Positions 10,398-19,897 of a stretch of 64,000 bases of DNA are shown here, piece by piece (the stretch's first letter is position 1; each line of letters opens with the position of its first letter). The notes below the pieces were generated by a model. The model was not told the origin of the DNA. It did no database searches and was given only the letters and a program-made list of their open reading frames with translations. The DNA is from Dehalococcoidia bacterium (GTDB lineage Bacteria > Chloroflexota > Dehalococcoidia > Lucifugimonadales > UBA3495). The stretch spans positions 1,031,395 to 1,095,394 of the forward strand of contig OZ244795.1 in assembly GCA_965219925.1 (NCBI GenBank), given 5' to 3'. Position numbers and translations under genes: made by a program.

Positions 10398-10452
10398 CCG
10401 AATTTGCTCCTAAAATTGCATCGAGTAGCGCGGCGCGTCTGAGCGTTACCGG

Positions 10453-11511
10453 TCATCCTCTCCGGCCACCCCGACGCGGGCCACGGTTCCGGGAACGTTC
10501 CAGCAGCGTTCGCACCGGCTCGCCCCTCACCGCCTCAATGTCATCCTGGTACTTCAGCATGATGCCCAGCGTATCATCTATGACCTCCGGCTCCAGCTCG
10601 CGCATGTTCAGCGCCATTAGCGCCGAGGTCCAGTCCAGCGTCTCGGAAACACCGGGGATTTTGTACAGCTCGGTATCACGCAGCTCCTGGATGAACGACG
10701 TCACCTGTTGCGCCAATTGGCGCGGCGCATCGGGCAGGCGCGCCGAAACTATCTGCAATTCCTTTTGGTAGTCGGGGTAGTCAACCCAGTAATACAGGCA
10801 CCGGCGTTTCAGCGCGTCGTGCACCTCCCGCGTCCGGTTTGACGTGATGACGACCACCGGCGGGTGAGCCGCCTGGAATGTGCCCAACTCAGGGATGGTG
10901 ATCTGGTAGTCGGCCAGCAGTTCCAGCAGAAATCCCTCAAATTCTTCGTCCGCCCGGTCCAGCTCGTCGATCAGCAGCACCGGCGCCCGGTCGCGTCCCT
11001 GGTCGATGGCTTCCAGCAGGGGCCGCTTGATCAGAAATTGCTGACTGAACAGGTCTATGCCGGCATCGTTGCCATCCCCGTCGCCGCGGCGAGCCTCCAT
11101 CAAACGAATTTCCAGCAGTTGACGGGTGTGGTTCCACTCGTACACGGCGTGGTTTACGTCCAGGCCCTCGTAGCATTGCAGGCGTATCAGGTCGGTTTGC
11201 AACCCCGTTGCCAGCGCCCGGGCGATCTCCGTTTTCCCGACTCCGGCCTCGCCCTCCAGAAACAGCGGTCGTTGCAGTTTCAACGCCAGAAAGATGGCGA
11301 TGGCCAACCCCCGGTCGGTGATGTATGCCTGGTCGCGCAGCAGGTTCTGCACTGCCTCCACGGATTCGGGAGCCGTCGGGCTCGCGTCGGGAACAGTGTG
11401 GTCGGTAGGGGAAATCGTCACTGGGCAACTCCGGGTTTGGGATTCAGGCAACGGAAACCATTGTAGCCCATTTACCCGTTCCTCGCCGTCACGCCAGCCA
11501 ACCCGATACAA
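10453..11511 (-). CDS. MoxR/CoxD-like AAA+ ATPase
   Basis: Walker A GEAGVGKTE, Walker B LLIDELDRADEE, MoxR-type C-terminus. The true start is probably downstream of the ORF-track start (e.g. near VTISPTDH), which would remove the overlap with the next gene. Confidence 0.8.
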   Translation of the reverse strand: MYRVGWRDGEERVNGLQWFPLPESQTRSCPVTISPTDHTVPDASPTAPESVEAVQNLLRDQAYITDRGLAIAIFLALKLQRPLFLEGEAGVGKTEIARALATGLQTDLIRLQCYEGLDVNHAVYEWNHTRQLLEIRLMEARRGDGDGNDAGIDLFSQQFLIKRPLLEAIDQGRDRAPVLLIDELDRADEEFEGFLLELLADYQITIPELGTFQAAHPPVVVITSNRTREVHDALKRRCLYYWVDYPDYQKELQIVSARLPDAPRQLAQQVTSFIQELRDTELYKIPGVSETLDWTSALMALNMRELEPEVIDDTLGIMLKYQDDIEAVRGEPVRTLLERSRNRGPRRGGRRG

Positions 11512-12115
11512 ACCCTCGCACCAACCCGCGCAGCGTATCCCAGTGGTCGCCCAGCGCCGCCCGTTCTGATTCGGTCAGGCAGTCGTAGGTACGCCCGTAC
11601 TCGGCGAAATACCACAGCGGAAACACCCAGAATCCCTCATCGACCCTGGTCGCCCGTTCCGGCAGCGTCTCCACGATTCTGCCGGTTGCGCCGCTCACCT
11701 CCCACGATACAAGGGTCTGCCCCCCGTGGGCGATGGCCAGTCCTTCCACGAACGCGGCATCCCGGTCAGCGTCAGTGTACGGCCCCAGCAGTTCCAGCAA
11801 CCGGCGCTGTCGTTCGGCATCGTTGGCCGCCGGCCCAGCGAACCGGCGCGTGTACCGACTTTCCCAGTTGGCCCCCAGCGCCGGCACCAGCAAGCCGCCG
11901 TCTGACGCGATGGCGGGAATGCCGGCTGCGTTAGACCATTCCTCCGCCTTGCTGCGGGCGATGGCCTCGTGGGTATCGCCTGATTCGTCCGGGTCGGCCC
12001 GCACCCCCAGCTCCGCCGGCGTAACCGCCGGCACGTCCAGCCCTTCCACCAGCCACCGCAGCATCCGCTGCTTGTCGGCGTTGCCGGTGGCCAGGAGGAT
12101 GGTCGGCGTCGACAC
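11489..12115 (-). CDS. Ham1/ITPase-like non-canonical NTP pyrophosphatase family protein
   Basis: 208 aa. N-terminal ILLATGNADKQRM matches the ATGNxxK motif of the Ham1 family. The remainder is divergent. Confidence 0.5.
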   Translation of the reverse strand: MSTPTILLATGNADKQRMLRWLVEGLDVPAVTPAELGVRADPDESGDTHEAIARSKAEEWSNAAGIPAIASDGGLLVPALGANWESRYTRRFAGPAANDAERQRRLLELLGPYTDADRDAAFVEGLAIAHGGQTLVSWEVSGATGRIVETLPERATRVDEGFWVFPLWYFAEYGRTYDCLTESERAALGDHWDTLRGLVRGFVSGWLA

Positions 12116-12122
12116 GTCGGCC

Positions 12123-12524
12123 TTACCTTCCGGCGCGCGAACTGACGTTGACGGGGAGCCTGGCCATTTCGTTGTCGTCGATGGCGACGTGAAAGGCGTG
12201 CGGGCCGTGCTTACGGAACGTTACGCCGTTCACCTCAACGATGATGCGCGCCCGTGAATCCACCACGCCATCGGGGCTGGTGAATGCCACGGTGCGCTGG
12301 ATTGGCGGCATGGCGTCCTGCGCATCCGGATCCAGCAGCCGCACGTCCAGCCGTTTCTGTCCCGCTTCCAGGGTCGAATGACGCAGAATGCAAACCACCA
12401 CAAACCGGGCGTGGGTCATCGGCAGCGCATTGCCGCTCACACTGTTGATCCCTATTCCCAGAGCGTGCAGCTTGCCCCGATCCTCCAGCGCAGAATCGCA
12501 CAGAAAAGACAGTTCGGTGTTCAT
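12123..12524 (-). CDS. hypothetical protein
   Basis: 133-aa ORF in host-like codon usage. No motif recognised. Confidence 0.5.
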   Translation of the reverse strand: MNTELSFLCDSALEDRGKLHALGIGINSVSGNALPMTHARFVVVCILRHSTLEAGQKRLDVRLLDPDAQDAMPPIQRTVAFTSPDGVVDSRARIIVEVNGVTFRKHGPHAFHVAIDDNEMARLPVNVSSRAGR

Positions 12525-12533
12525 CCCAAACGG

Positions 12534-13934
12534 CTAACCGTCGCCGTCGCCCCCAACGTTTCCGAACGCCACGCCCGCTGCCGCTGCTGCCGGCGGCGCC
12601 ACTGACGGGAATACCGCCGAGCGAGCCTCCGGTGGCAACTGGTCCTCCCAGTTGGGTATGAGCTGACGCCTGGTTGTCTCCAGCGTCAATACTACGATTA
12701 CGCCCAGGCTGCTGAAGGCCATGGACAGCGCGAACGCCGGCACATATCCCACGAACTGAATCACCAGACCGGCCACCAGCGTCGAGACAAAATGCCCCAT
12801 CATCGCTCCCGAGATTTGGAACCCATAGATGGTTGCCACCGGCCCGGTGCCAAAGTATTGGCGGTTCACCACCGGATACGCCGACATCTCGCCGCCGAAT
12901 CCAATCCCGAACGCGCACCCGAACAGGTAGAAGGCCCACACATCTTGAGCGAAAAACAGGAGCACCACCGCTCCGGCCTGGATGCTCAGCGCCGTCGCCA
13001 TTATCAGCTTGCCGCCCACCCTTTCGGTAATGATCGGCACCGCAAACCGCCCCATGATGCTGAATACGTTGATCAGCGTCAGAATCACCGCGCCCGTGGT
13101 GAAGTCGATACCCCGCGTTACGGCGTAGTCCACCACGAAAATCAACACTATCCCGTGGCCGGCGCAGCCCATGCCGTGGATCACCGGCAGATTCCAGAAC
13201 GCCCGCGTGTGCTTCATCTGCCGTTGGAAAATTCGCAACCGCAGCTTGGCCATATCAGGATCGAATTTGGCCGGAACCGGATCGTTCTCGGTGGCGCCGT
13301 AGGGTAGCAGGCCCTTATCCGCCGGCTGATTGCGGAAAAACGGCATCAACCCCAGTATCGCTCCCCCTCCAGCCAAACCGATGACAACGAACGTCGCCGT
13401 CCAGCCAAAATTCACCAGCAGCATCGAATAAACCGGAGCCAGCACCGCAGCGCCCACCCCTCCGGCGGCCCACATTATCCCGATCCCCAGGCCCAGCCGC
13501 TTGCGGAACCACGGATTCACCGCCGCCATCAGGGGAACCATTGAGATGGACGAAGTGAGGGCCAGCATCACGCTGTAAACGATGAAGAATTGCCACACCG
13601 ACGTGATGAATCCGATCAACACCATGCTGACGCCGAACAACAACCCGCCCGCGACGATCAACTTGCGGGCCCCCAGCAGATCACCAAACCGTCCGCTGAA
13701 CGGCGATGTCAGCGAACCGACCAGGTAGTACCCCGCCAGCGCAAATCCTATGAACGCCGGCGGCCATCCAAATCGACCGCCTTCTTCCAGCGGCGCCCTC
13801 AATTCCGGCACCATGATGCCGGCCGACATCGAAATCGACTGCCCAAAAATTTGCACCACGGCCAGGATCGCAATGATGACCCAGCCGTAGTGAAATTGAC
13901 CCGTGGGTCGGAGTTTCACGGGTAAAGCAGCCAT
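12534..13934 (-). CDS. MFS transporter
   Basis: 466 aa, multiple TM segments, GRFGDLLGARK-type loop 2-3 motif. Confidence 0.85.
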   Translation of the reverse strand: MAALPVKLRPTGQFHYGWVIIAILAVVQIFGQSISMSAGIMVPELRAPLEEGGRFGWPPAFIGFALAGYYLVGSLTSPFSGRFGDLLGARKLIVAGGLLFGVSMVLIGFITSVWQFFIVYSVMLALTSSISMVPLMAAVNPWFRKRLGLGIGIMWAAGGVGAAVLAPVYSMLLVNFGWTATFVVIGLAGGGAILGLMPFFRNQPADKGLLPYGATENDPVPAKFDPDMAKLRLRIFQRQMKHTRAFWNLPVIHGMGCAGHGIVLIFVVDYAVTRGIDFTTGAVILTLINVFSIMGRFAVPIITERVGGKLIMATALSIQAGAVVLLFFAQDVWAFYLFGCAFGIGFGGEMSAYPVVNRQYFGTGPVATIYGFQISGAMMGHFVSTLVAGLVIQFVGYVPAFALSMAFSSLGVIVVLTLETTRRQLIPNWEDQLPPEARSAVFPSVAPPAAAAAGVAFGNVGGDGDG

Positions 13935-14003
13935 TCGGATAACTTCCTAATTCTTCATCTTATTTCGCAACCTGGAGACGCAGGTGCGCCCCGGATGTCG
14001 CGT

Positions 14004-14321
14004 TCAGTGCAATGGACACGCGGTCAGGAAAGCCTTGCCCCACCAGGTGTCGGAGGCCGTCGTTCCGGCTGCACCGCCCCCGGGGGTTGCAGCCGTGGCC
14101 AGTCGTGGAACAGCATTGGGATCGACCGTCCCCGACGTTGGCGCTGTCTGCCCGTATCCGGAAGTGAACCCGGATGTCGCGGTGGTCAGCACGCTGCCAA
14201 TGCCGGCCTCGGTGCTGGCTGCCACGGCCCATGCGCCAAAAAAGATGATCAACAGCAACGTAACCACCATCGCCCCCACGGACGTGAGCATGGCCGCATT
14301 GCGCCTCGTGAACAATACCAT
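14004..14321 (-). CDS. small membrane-anchored/secreted hypothetical protein
   Basis: Tail of the long minus ORF 14004..15536. Taken from MVLFTRRNAAMLTSVGAMVVTLLLIIFFGAWAVAA (N-terminal hydrophobic anchor) to the stop at 14004. The part upstream of 14321 is IS antisense. Confidence 0.35.
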   Translation of the reverse strand: MVLFTRRNAAMLTSVGAMVVTLLLIIFFGAWAVAASTEAGIGSVLTTATSGFTSGYGQTAPTSGTVDPNAVPRLATAATPGGGAAGTTASDTWWGKAFLTACPLH

Positions 14322-14377
14322 AGCGCGGATATTGTACTCCTCAACGCGCCCCATTGACAGTCTCCCCCGCCCATCCC

Positions 14378-15629
14378 CAGGGCAAACGCATTCTAAATTG
14401 AGGGTGCTGATAGAATCGAGGGACGAAGCAAGGAATAGGTAGCAAGGGATAGGTTCAGGTTGTGAGGGGTAGTGATGATGAGCAGCGGCGAGGGAACCAG
14501 CTTGGTGGAACATTTCAGCAGTTTGGAGGATCCCAGGAGGCCGCAAGGCAGGCGGCACAATCTGCTGGACATCATCACCATGACCATCTGCGGCGTGGTG
14601 GCCGGCGCCGAGGGATGGGACGACGTGGAGTTGTTCGCCCAGTGCAAGGCCGAATGGTTCCGCAGGTTCTTGGAGTTGCCCAATGGCATCCCCTGCTCCG
14701 ACACCTTTGCCCGGGTGTTTGCCCGCATCGACCCGGACCGCTTCCGGGACTGCTTCCGGGCATGGGTGAGCAGCATCCACCGGCTGACCCAGGGACAGGT
14801 GATTGCCGTGGATGGCAAGACTCTGCGCCGCTCCCACGACAGGAGGACGGGCAAGGAGGCGATCCACATGGTCAGCGCCTGGGCCTCGGAAAACTCCCTG
14901 GTGCTGGGTCAGGTACGGACGGATGCCAAATCCAATGAGATCACCGCCATACCGGAGTTGCTCAAGTTGCTGGATGTGTCGGGTTGCATCGTCAGCATTG
15001 ACGCCATGGGCTGCCAGAAGGAGATCGCCCGGACGATTCTGGAGCGTGGCGCCGACTACCTGCTGGCGGTCAAGGGGAACCAGGGCCGGCTGTACGATGA
15101 CCTGAGGGATTTGTTCGAGGGGGCTGAGGAATTGGGTTACGACGGGGTGCCTCACGAGTACGCCACCACCTTGAACAAGGGCCACGGGCGCATCGAGAGA
15201 AGGGAATGCCGGACCATCAGCGACCCGGCCTGCCTGGAGTACCTGAGCACTGCTGGGGACTGGCCCGGCCTGCGGAGCGTCGGGGTGGTGCGGTCGGAAC
15301 GGCGGGAGGGAGAGCGGGTGTCGGTGGAGTGCCGGTACTACATTTCCAGCCTGGAATCGGAGGCCCAGCGGTTCTTGGGGGCGACGCGAAGTCATTGGGG
15401 CATTGAGAACTCGGTCCATTGGGTCTTGGATGTGTCCTTCCGGGAGGACGAAAGCCGGGTGAGGACGGGAAACGCACCGGAAAACATGGCCACAATGCGG
15501 CACGCAGCCCTGAACCTGTTGCGGCAAGACAAGCACTCCAAAATCTCAATCAAAGCCAGGCGAAAGCTGGCCGCATGGGATAACGACTACTTGCTTTCCA
15601 TCCTCTCCAACTAGAATGCGTTTGCCCTG
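14378..15629 (+). mobile_element. ISAs1-family insertion sequence, apparently intact
   Basis: Perfect 18-bp terminal inverted repeats CAGGGCAAACGCATTCTA (14378-14395) / TAGAATGCGTTTGCCCTG (15612-15629). 10-bp direct target duplication CGCCCATCCC (14368-14377 and 15630-15639). Confidence 0.9.
14472..15614 (+). CDS. ISAs1-family (H-repeat/DDE_Tnp_1-associated) transposase
   Basis: 380 aa. The N-terminal LVEHFSSLEDPRRPQGRRHNLLDIITMTICGVVAGAEGWDDVELFA block is the hallmark of ISAs1 transposases. Confidence 0.9.
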   Translation: MMMSSGEGTSLVEHFSSLEDPRRPQGRRHNLLDIITMTICGVVAGAEGWDDVELFAQCKAEWFRRFLELPNGIPCSDTFARVFARIDPDRFRDCFRAWVSSIHRLTQGQVIAVDGKTLRRSHDRRTGKEAIHMVSAWASENSLVLGQVRTDAKSNEITAIPELLKLLDVSGCIVSIDAMGCQKEIARTILERGADYLLAVKGNQGRLYDDLRDLFEGAEELGYDGVPHEYATTLNKGHGRIERRECRTISDPACLEYLSTAGDWPGLRSVGVVRSERREGERVSVECRYYISSLESEAQRFLGATRSHWGIENSVHWVLDVSFREDESRVRTGNAPENMATMRHAALNLLRQDKHSKISIKARRKLAAWDNDYLLSILSN

Positions 15630-15643
15630 CGCCCATCCCGACC

Positions 15644-15797
15644 CCCTCTCCCTCGATGGGAGAGGGTTAGGGTGAAAGCCCCTCCGTCTGTCATTGCGAG
15701 CGTAGCGTGGCAATCTCGTCGCCGTAACAACGGCGGTTCGTCGACGTGTGTTGAGCCTCATCGAGATTGCCACGTCGCTGACGCTCCTCGCAATGAC
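15644..15797. repeat. intergenic repeat cluster: family A hairpin (15644-15677) plus family B element (15690-15797)
   Basis: CCCTCTCCC-TCGAT-GGGAGAGGGTTAGGGTGA hairpin, followed by GTCATTGCGAGCGTAGCGTGGCAATCTCG ... GACGTGTGTT ... CGAGATTGCCACGTCGCTGACGCTCCTCGCAATGAC. Confidence 0.85.
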
Positions 15798-15826
15798 AGG
15801 GGCCAAGGACGTGCCGGCGCGCAACC

Positions 15827-16981
15827 TTACCCGGCCAGGCTTTGCTGAAACACCTGATCCCACGCCAGGGCCCACGGCGGACGCAGATAGCCCAATGCCC
15901 GCACGTCGTCGTACCACACCGACAGCGGCGAATAACGAGTGTAAGCGCTGCCGCCCGTAAGCTTGCACAGCCTCCCCAGGCAGTCGTCCGACAGCCGGGC
16001 CACGCTTTCTTTGGCCAGCAGCAGTTCGCGCCGGCCGGTGTTCGTCTCCAGGCAGCGAATCGCGCCCTCCCAGGCTTGTCCGATCAGCCAGGCCTCCTGT
16101 TCGGCGTGGGCCCACTCCACCTGCTGAAACGCCCGCAGCCCCGGCTCCGATGCCATTCCGTTCTTGATACGAGGACGTACGTAATCCATCGCGGCATCCA
16201 CTACGCCCACAATCACCGACAGAAACGCCGCTGCGCCCAGGCCTCCGTTTGCGCCCATCAATTCGGCCTGATGGTTGGGCCATGCCACCCGCGTCGCCGG
16301 GAATTTCGCAAACTCAAAAGCATGGCTGTTGGTCGATTTCATCCCGTGCCCCCGCCACTCGGCGGTGAGCTTCAGGCCTGTGGAACCGTCCCACGGATGG
16401 TTGCGTACCTCCATGAAAAACAGGTCGGGCGTTGGTTCCCCCGCCGCCAGCGCGCGGGTGGTCATAAAGGACGTCAACCCCGACCCGCTCCCAAAGTGCT
16501 TCATGCCGGAAATCCGGTAGCCGAATTCGCTGATCCCATCCGGTTCGCACACGCTGGATGTGCGGGCCGTATCTCCTCCCGACCCGGGTTCGCTGACGAT
16601 AGTGCCCCACCAGCAACCGCTGTGCACGCTGTCGAATACCTTGTTGCGCTGTTTAATCCATCCCGACGTGTATGGTTCGGGAACCGTGGGCAAACGCCAC
16701 GATGCCAACACCAGATGGTGCATCGCGCTGGCTAGCGTGATGGACGGATCGCCGGTCGCCAGCTTGCGCAGCAGCGAACAGATGGGCCGCGCCGACTGCT
16801 CGATACTCTCCCACGTGCCCCCCAGGTCGGCGGGCACGGCCATCAACGGCACCCCAATCTCGGCGAGGCGAGCGTAATCCGCGGGATCGCCTTTGGTCCG
16901 CTGCTGACGGTCGGCCAGGTCGGCGGCCCATTCCGCCGCCACCACGGGGGCCTGCTCCAGAATGCTAGCGATGGTAGTCAT
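15827..16981 (-). CDS. acyl-CoA dehydrogenase family protein
   Basis: 384 aa. Domain order and motifs (GGTWESIEQSAR..., WWGTIVSEPGSGGD, C-terminal helical domain) resemble the ACAD family. Confidence 0.75.
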   Translation of the reverse strand: MTTIASILEQAPVVAAEWAADLADRQQRTKGDPADYARLAEIGVPLMAVPADLGGTWESIEQSARPICSLLRKLATGDPSITLASAMHHLVLASWRLPTVPEPYTSGWIKQRNKVFDSVHSGCWWGTIVSEPGSGGDTARTSSVCEPDGISEFGYRISGMKHFGSGSGLTSFMTTRALAAGEPTPDLFFMEVRNHPWDGSTGLKLTAEWRGHGMKSTNSHAFEFAKFPATRVAWPNHQAELMGANGGLGAAAFLSVIVGVVDAAMDYVRPRIKNGMASEPGLRAFQQVEWAHAEQEAWLIGQAWEGAIRCLETNTGRRELLLAKESVARLSDDCLGRLCKLTGGSAYTRYSPLSVWYDDVRALGYLRPPWALAWDQVFQQSLAG

Positions 16982-16991
16982 ATCTCAACCT

Positions 16992-17708
16992 CTATGCTTC
17001 CTCGCCACTGTCGGGCAGATTGCCGTAGCGGGCGAATATCAGGCGGTGCACCTCGAACACGAAACCGGGCAACACATCCTCACCCGATAGCGTCTCCGGG
17101 TCGTCCAGAATCTCAATATCATCCGGCCCAGCCCGGCAGATATAAGCGCGCCGCTGGTAAGGGTCGATGTACCAACCCAGCTTTGCTCCACCGTCCATCC
17201 ATTCCTGCATTTTGGCCAGGCCATCCCGCACGTCATCGGTCCGGGAGCGGACTTCGACGACAAAATCGGGCGCGCCCTCTATGGCACTGCGATACTCGTC
17301 AGAAACCAGCTGCGAAAGCAGGGTGTCGTAGCGTTCTTGCGTGATCCACGACGCATCGGGCATATACCGGGCTCCGCTGGGCAACTGGAACATGACTGTC
17401 GGCGGAAAGGTTGCGCCGCCATTTTCCCGTCGCCAGACCCCGACGCCGGTGTTTACTTCCTGCTCATTTGCTCCGGTGTCCCAGCCTGATGGCGGCACAA
17501 TAATTAGCTCTCTTTTTGCCGATATTTCAAAGCCATAGGGTTCGTTGTCGCGGGACAACTGGCACAGCCGTTCCCCCAAATCCGGAGCGTCGAGGGTGAT
17601 GCCCAGCGCGGACAGGTTCAGCCGCAGCCGACCAACCAGCGGCAAAGGGGCCAAAGCGCCGTCTGGCGCCCTTTCGGCAACAGCGTGATCAGGTTTGACC
17701 GTTGTCAT
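16992..17708 (-). CDS. Uma2-family (DUF820) putative restriction-endonuclease-like protein
   Basis: 238 aa with E...PDFVVEV...K PD-(D/E)xK-like core and a WYIDP tail typical of Uma2. Confidence 0.75.
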   Translation of the reverse strand: MTTVKPDHAVAERAPDGALAPLPLVGRLRLNLSALGITLDAPDLGERLCQLSRDNEPYGFEISAKRELIIVPPSGWDTGANEQEVNTGVGVWRRENGGATFPPTVMFQLPSGARYMPDASWITQERYDTLLSQLVSDEYRSAIEGAPDFVVEVRSRTDDVRDGLAKMQEWMDGGAKLGWYIDPYQRRAYICRAGPDDIEILDDPETLSGEDVLPGFVFEVHRLIFARYGNLPDSGEEA

Positions 17709-17741
17709 AACTGCCTCCCGTCCATTCAGCCCGGGCTCTTT

Positions 17742-18950
17742 CTACTCCACCGTAATGTCGTAGCCCACAATGGCGCTGAAGTTCTTGCGCATATTGTTGT
17801 AGCGCGGTTCGTGAGATTGCACATTGCCCACGCTATCCGTCGCCCGGGACATTACCGTGTACTCGCCGGGCGCAGCGTCCCAAACCCACGACCACCGCCG
17901 CCACATGAACCGCTCCGACGGTTCTTCCAGCCAGGCCGGCTGCCATGATTTGCCGCCGTCCACGCTGACCTCAACCTGAATGATGGCTCCGCCGCCGCTC
18001 CAGGCGTAACCGCGCACCACGTGCGGCCCCGCCGCCAGGGTCCTGGTGTCGTCGTTGGGCCGCGTCACCAGCGACTTCACCCCGATGGTGGTTATCAGCT
18101 CCTTGTTGGGGTCGTCGGCAGAATCGGCGTAGTAGTAGAAGTTGTAGTGATACCAGCAGTCCGGCTCGTGATCCATCACCTCCAGCCGCCGCAGCCACTT
18201 CACCGACCAGTTGCCCGACCAGCCCGGAACCAGCAATCGGATGGGAGCGCCGTGCAGGTGTTCCAGCAACTGCCCGTTTTGAGCGTACGCCAGTATCGTG
18301 TCCGGGTGCAGCGCCTTTTGCAGCGGCAGCCCCTTGTCGTAAAAGAATGGTTCGGTCCCCTCTGCGGCAGAGGCTGGCACGCCGTCGTCCCAACCCTCGG
18401 CGCGGATGTGGGTCGCCCGTCCGGTGAGCCCCGCCGCATTCAGCGCTGCGGCCAGCGGCACACCCGTCCACTCGCTGCCGGAAAGTATCATCCGCTCCTG
18501 CGTTCGCGACGGACGGGGGCCTTCGCCCTTGAAGTATTCAAAATAGGTCGCGTCGCTGCCCGAACACTCCATCACGGTGCGCACCGAACGGGAAGGGAAG
18601 CGCCGCAACTCGGCGTAATTCAGGCGCAGCGTATTTTTCACTTCCCCATCCACCGACAACGACCAGTCCGCCGCGGCCACCGGTTCGGGAATCCCGAAGT
18701 GCTGCACCACATAGTGCAGTTCGGTCGGCGTGATTAATCCTTCCAGCTCCATCACCGGCGTACGCACCCGCTCCGTCTTGCCATCGGGTCGCAACAATGT
18801 GATGGGCTCGACTTTCTTATGAGGCCATCCGTACCAATTCTCTCCCTCTGTGCTGCCAGCGCCATCGGAACTGGCGCCATCCATCTGCAGGAAATCGGGC
18901 CGGGCGGCATCGTCTGCTTGCGTTTCCGACGGGTTTTGCGGAGTAGTCAT
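17742..18950 (-). CDS. sulfite-oxidase-like molybdopterin oxidoreductase
   Basis: Oxidoreductase molybdopterin-binding plus Mo-co dimerisation domain pattern (ECSGSD..., HGAPIRLLVPGWSGNWSVKWL). Start placed at the internal MTTPQ codon. Confidence 0.8.
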   Translation of the reverse strand: MTTPQNPSETQADDAARPDFLQMDGASSDGAGSTEGENWYGWPHKKVEPITLLRPDGKTERVRTPVMELEGLITPTELHYVVQHFGIPEPVAAADWSLSVDGEVKNTLRLNYAELRRFPSRSVRTVMECSGSDATYFEYFKGEGPRPSRTQERMILSGSEWTGVPLAAALNAAGLTGRATHIRAEGWDDGVPASAAEGTEPFFYDKGLPLQKALHPDTILAYAQNGQLLEHLHGAPIRLLVPGWSGNWSVKWLRRLEVMDHEPDCWYHYNFYYYADSADDPNKELITTIGVKSLVTRPNDDTRTLAAGPHVVRGYAWSGGGAIIQVEVSVDGGKSWQPAWLEEPSERFMWRRWSWVWDAAPGEYTVMSRATDSVGNVQSHEPRYNNMRKNFSAIVGYDITVE

Positions 18951-19174
18951 GGCGTCATCGCTCCCTGTGAGGTTTGAGCCCGACAATGGCCGGGCGAGAT
19001 ACGCCAGTTTCCCACGCCGGCGCAAAGTGGGCAAGCGGGCCGATCATACGTTATTGCGAACGCAGCCTGGCGATCTCGTTCCGGCAACCGGTAATTACAG
19101 GTTTTACGGCAATGTAGCCGGATATAGTGTCAATGTACAAAATGGACCAAGTTGGAGGTATGTGGTTTGATCAA

Positions 19175-19897
19175 TTACCCCCGCAACGCCCGGAATCCAG
19201 AAATATCGCTGCAAGAATCGGCCCGCTCTGCGGCGGTTCGACCATACCCTCTCCAGTATTCTATAAACTCGGTCTCATATTCAAAAACTCCGCTGCCTTC
19301 TTGAAAATCTGCCAGCGTGCCTCTGATACTCCCAATGTTGGTGGTGTTCCCACTGCCTGCTTTGTCGCTGGCGATACGCCACTTTTCCTGCACAAAAACC
19401 TCGACGTCGGTGAACGGAACCGGTATGTCAGCCAATTCGTCAGTGGAATACACGATATTTGCATCGGAGTTGTTTACGTCGGCGCGGCGGTACACGAAAC
19501 CAATTATCCAGTGCTGATGGTATTCGTCGTAAGGGAACAGAATGTTCTTCGTGGGGTTTCCCAAAAAGCTCGTGTAACCTCCCAATGTATATGAGAAGCG
19601 CCCGTCTTCGTTGTCTTTATAGGTGGTTTTCACATCAATGGCGATTTTACGCTTGTCATCCAGGTTTCGGGCGAGCGTAAAGTCTGGATAATAATTTTGT
19701 TTCGTTGGCTCATACAACAACAAGCCACAATGTCGGGCGTAGGAGATCATTGCGCGCCGCGCTATTATCTCGAAAATGGTACTCAGGACTTTGGTGTCAG
19801 ACCCCAATGGATAAACTCGTCCGAGTCGATCTACGATTCCGCATACGCCGTATCCGTTTTCCAGGTTGGCTAGAAAATTCAGAATGTGTTGTTTCAT
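19175..19897 (-). CDS. type II restriction endonuclease, EcoRV family
   Basis: Blocks YGVCGIVDRLGRVYPLGSDTKVLSTIFE, QNYYPDFTL...KIAIDVKTTY (PD...D-x-K), FSYTLGGYTSF, HWIIGFVY and AGSGNTTNIGSI align with my recollection of R.EcoRV. The ATG overlaps the methylase stop (ATGA). AT-rich island. Confidence 0.85.
   Translation of the reverse strand: MKQHILNFLANLENGYGVCGIVDRLGRVYPLGSDTKVLSTIFEIIARRAMISYARHCGLLLYEPTKQNYYPDFTLARNLDDKRKIAIDVKTTYKDNEDGRFSYTLGGYTSFLGNPTKNILFPYDEYHQHWIIGFVYRRADVNNSDANIVYSTDELADIPVPFTDVEVFVQEKWRIASDKAGSGNTTNIGSIRGTLADFQEGSGVFEYETEFIEYWRGYGRTAAERADSCSDISGFRALRG

Noticed and set aside
14004-15536. 510-aa minus-strand ORF
   Set aside because: It is antisense to the ISAs1 transposase, with a low-complexity Pro/Gly/Ala/Arg-rich translation typical of high-GC shadow frames. 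Only its 3' end (14004..14321), outside the IS, was kept as a tentative small gene.
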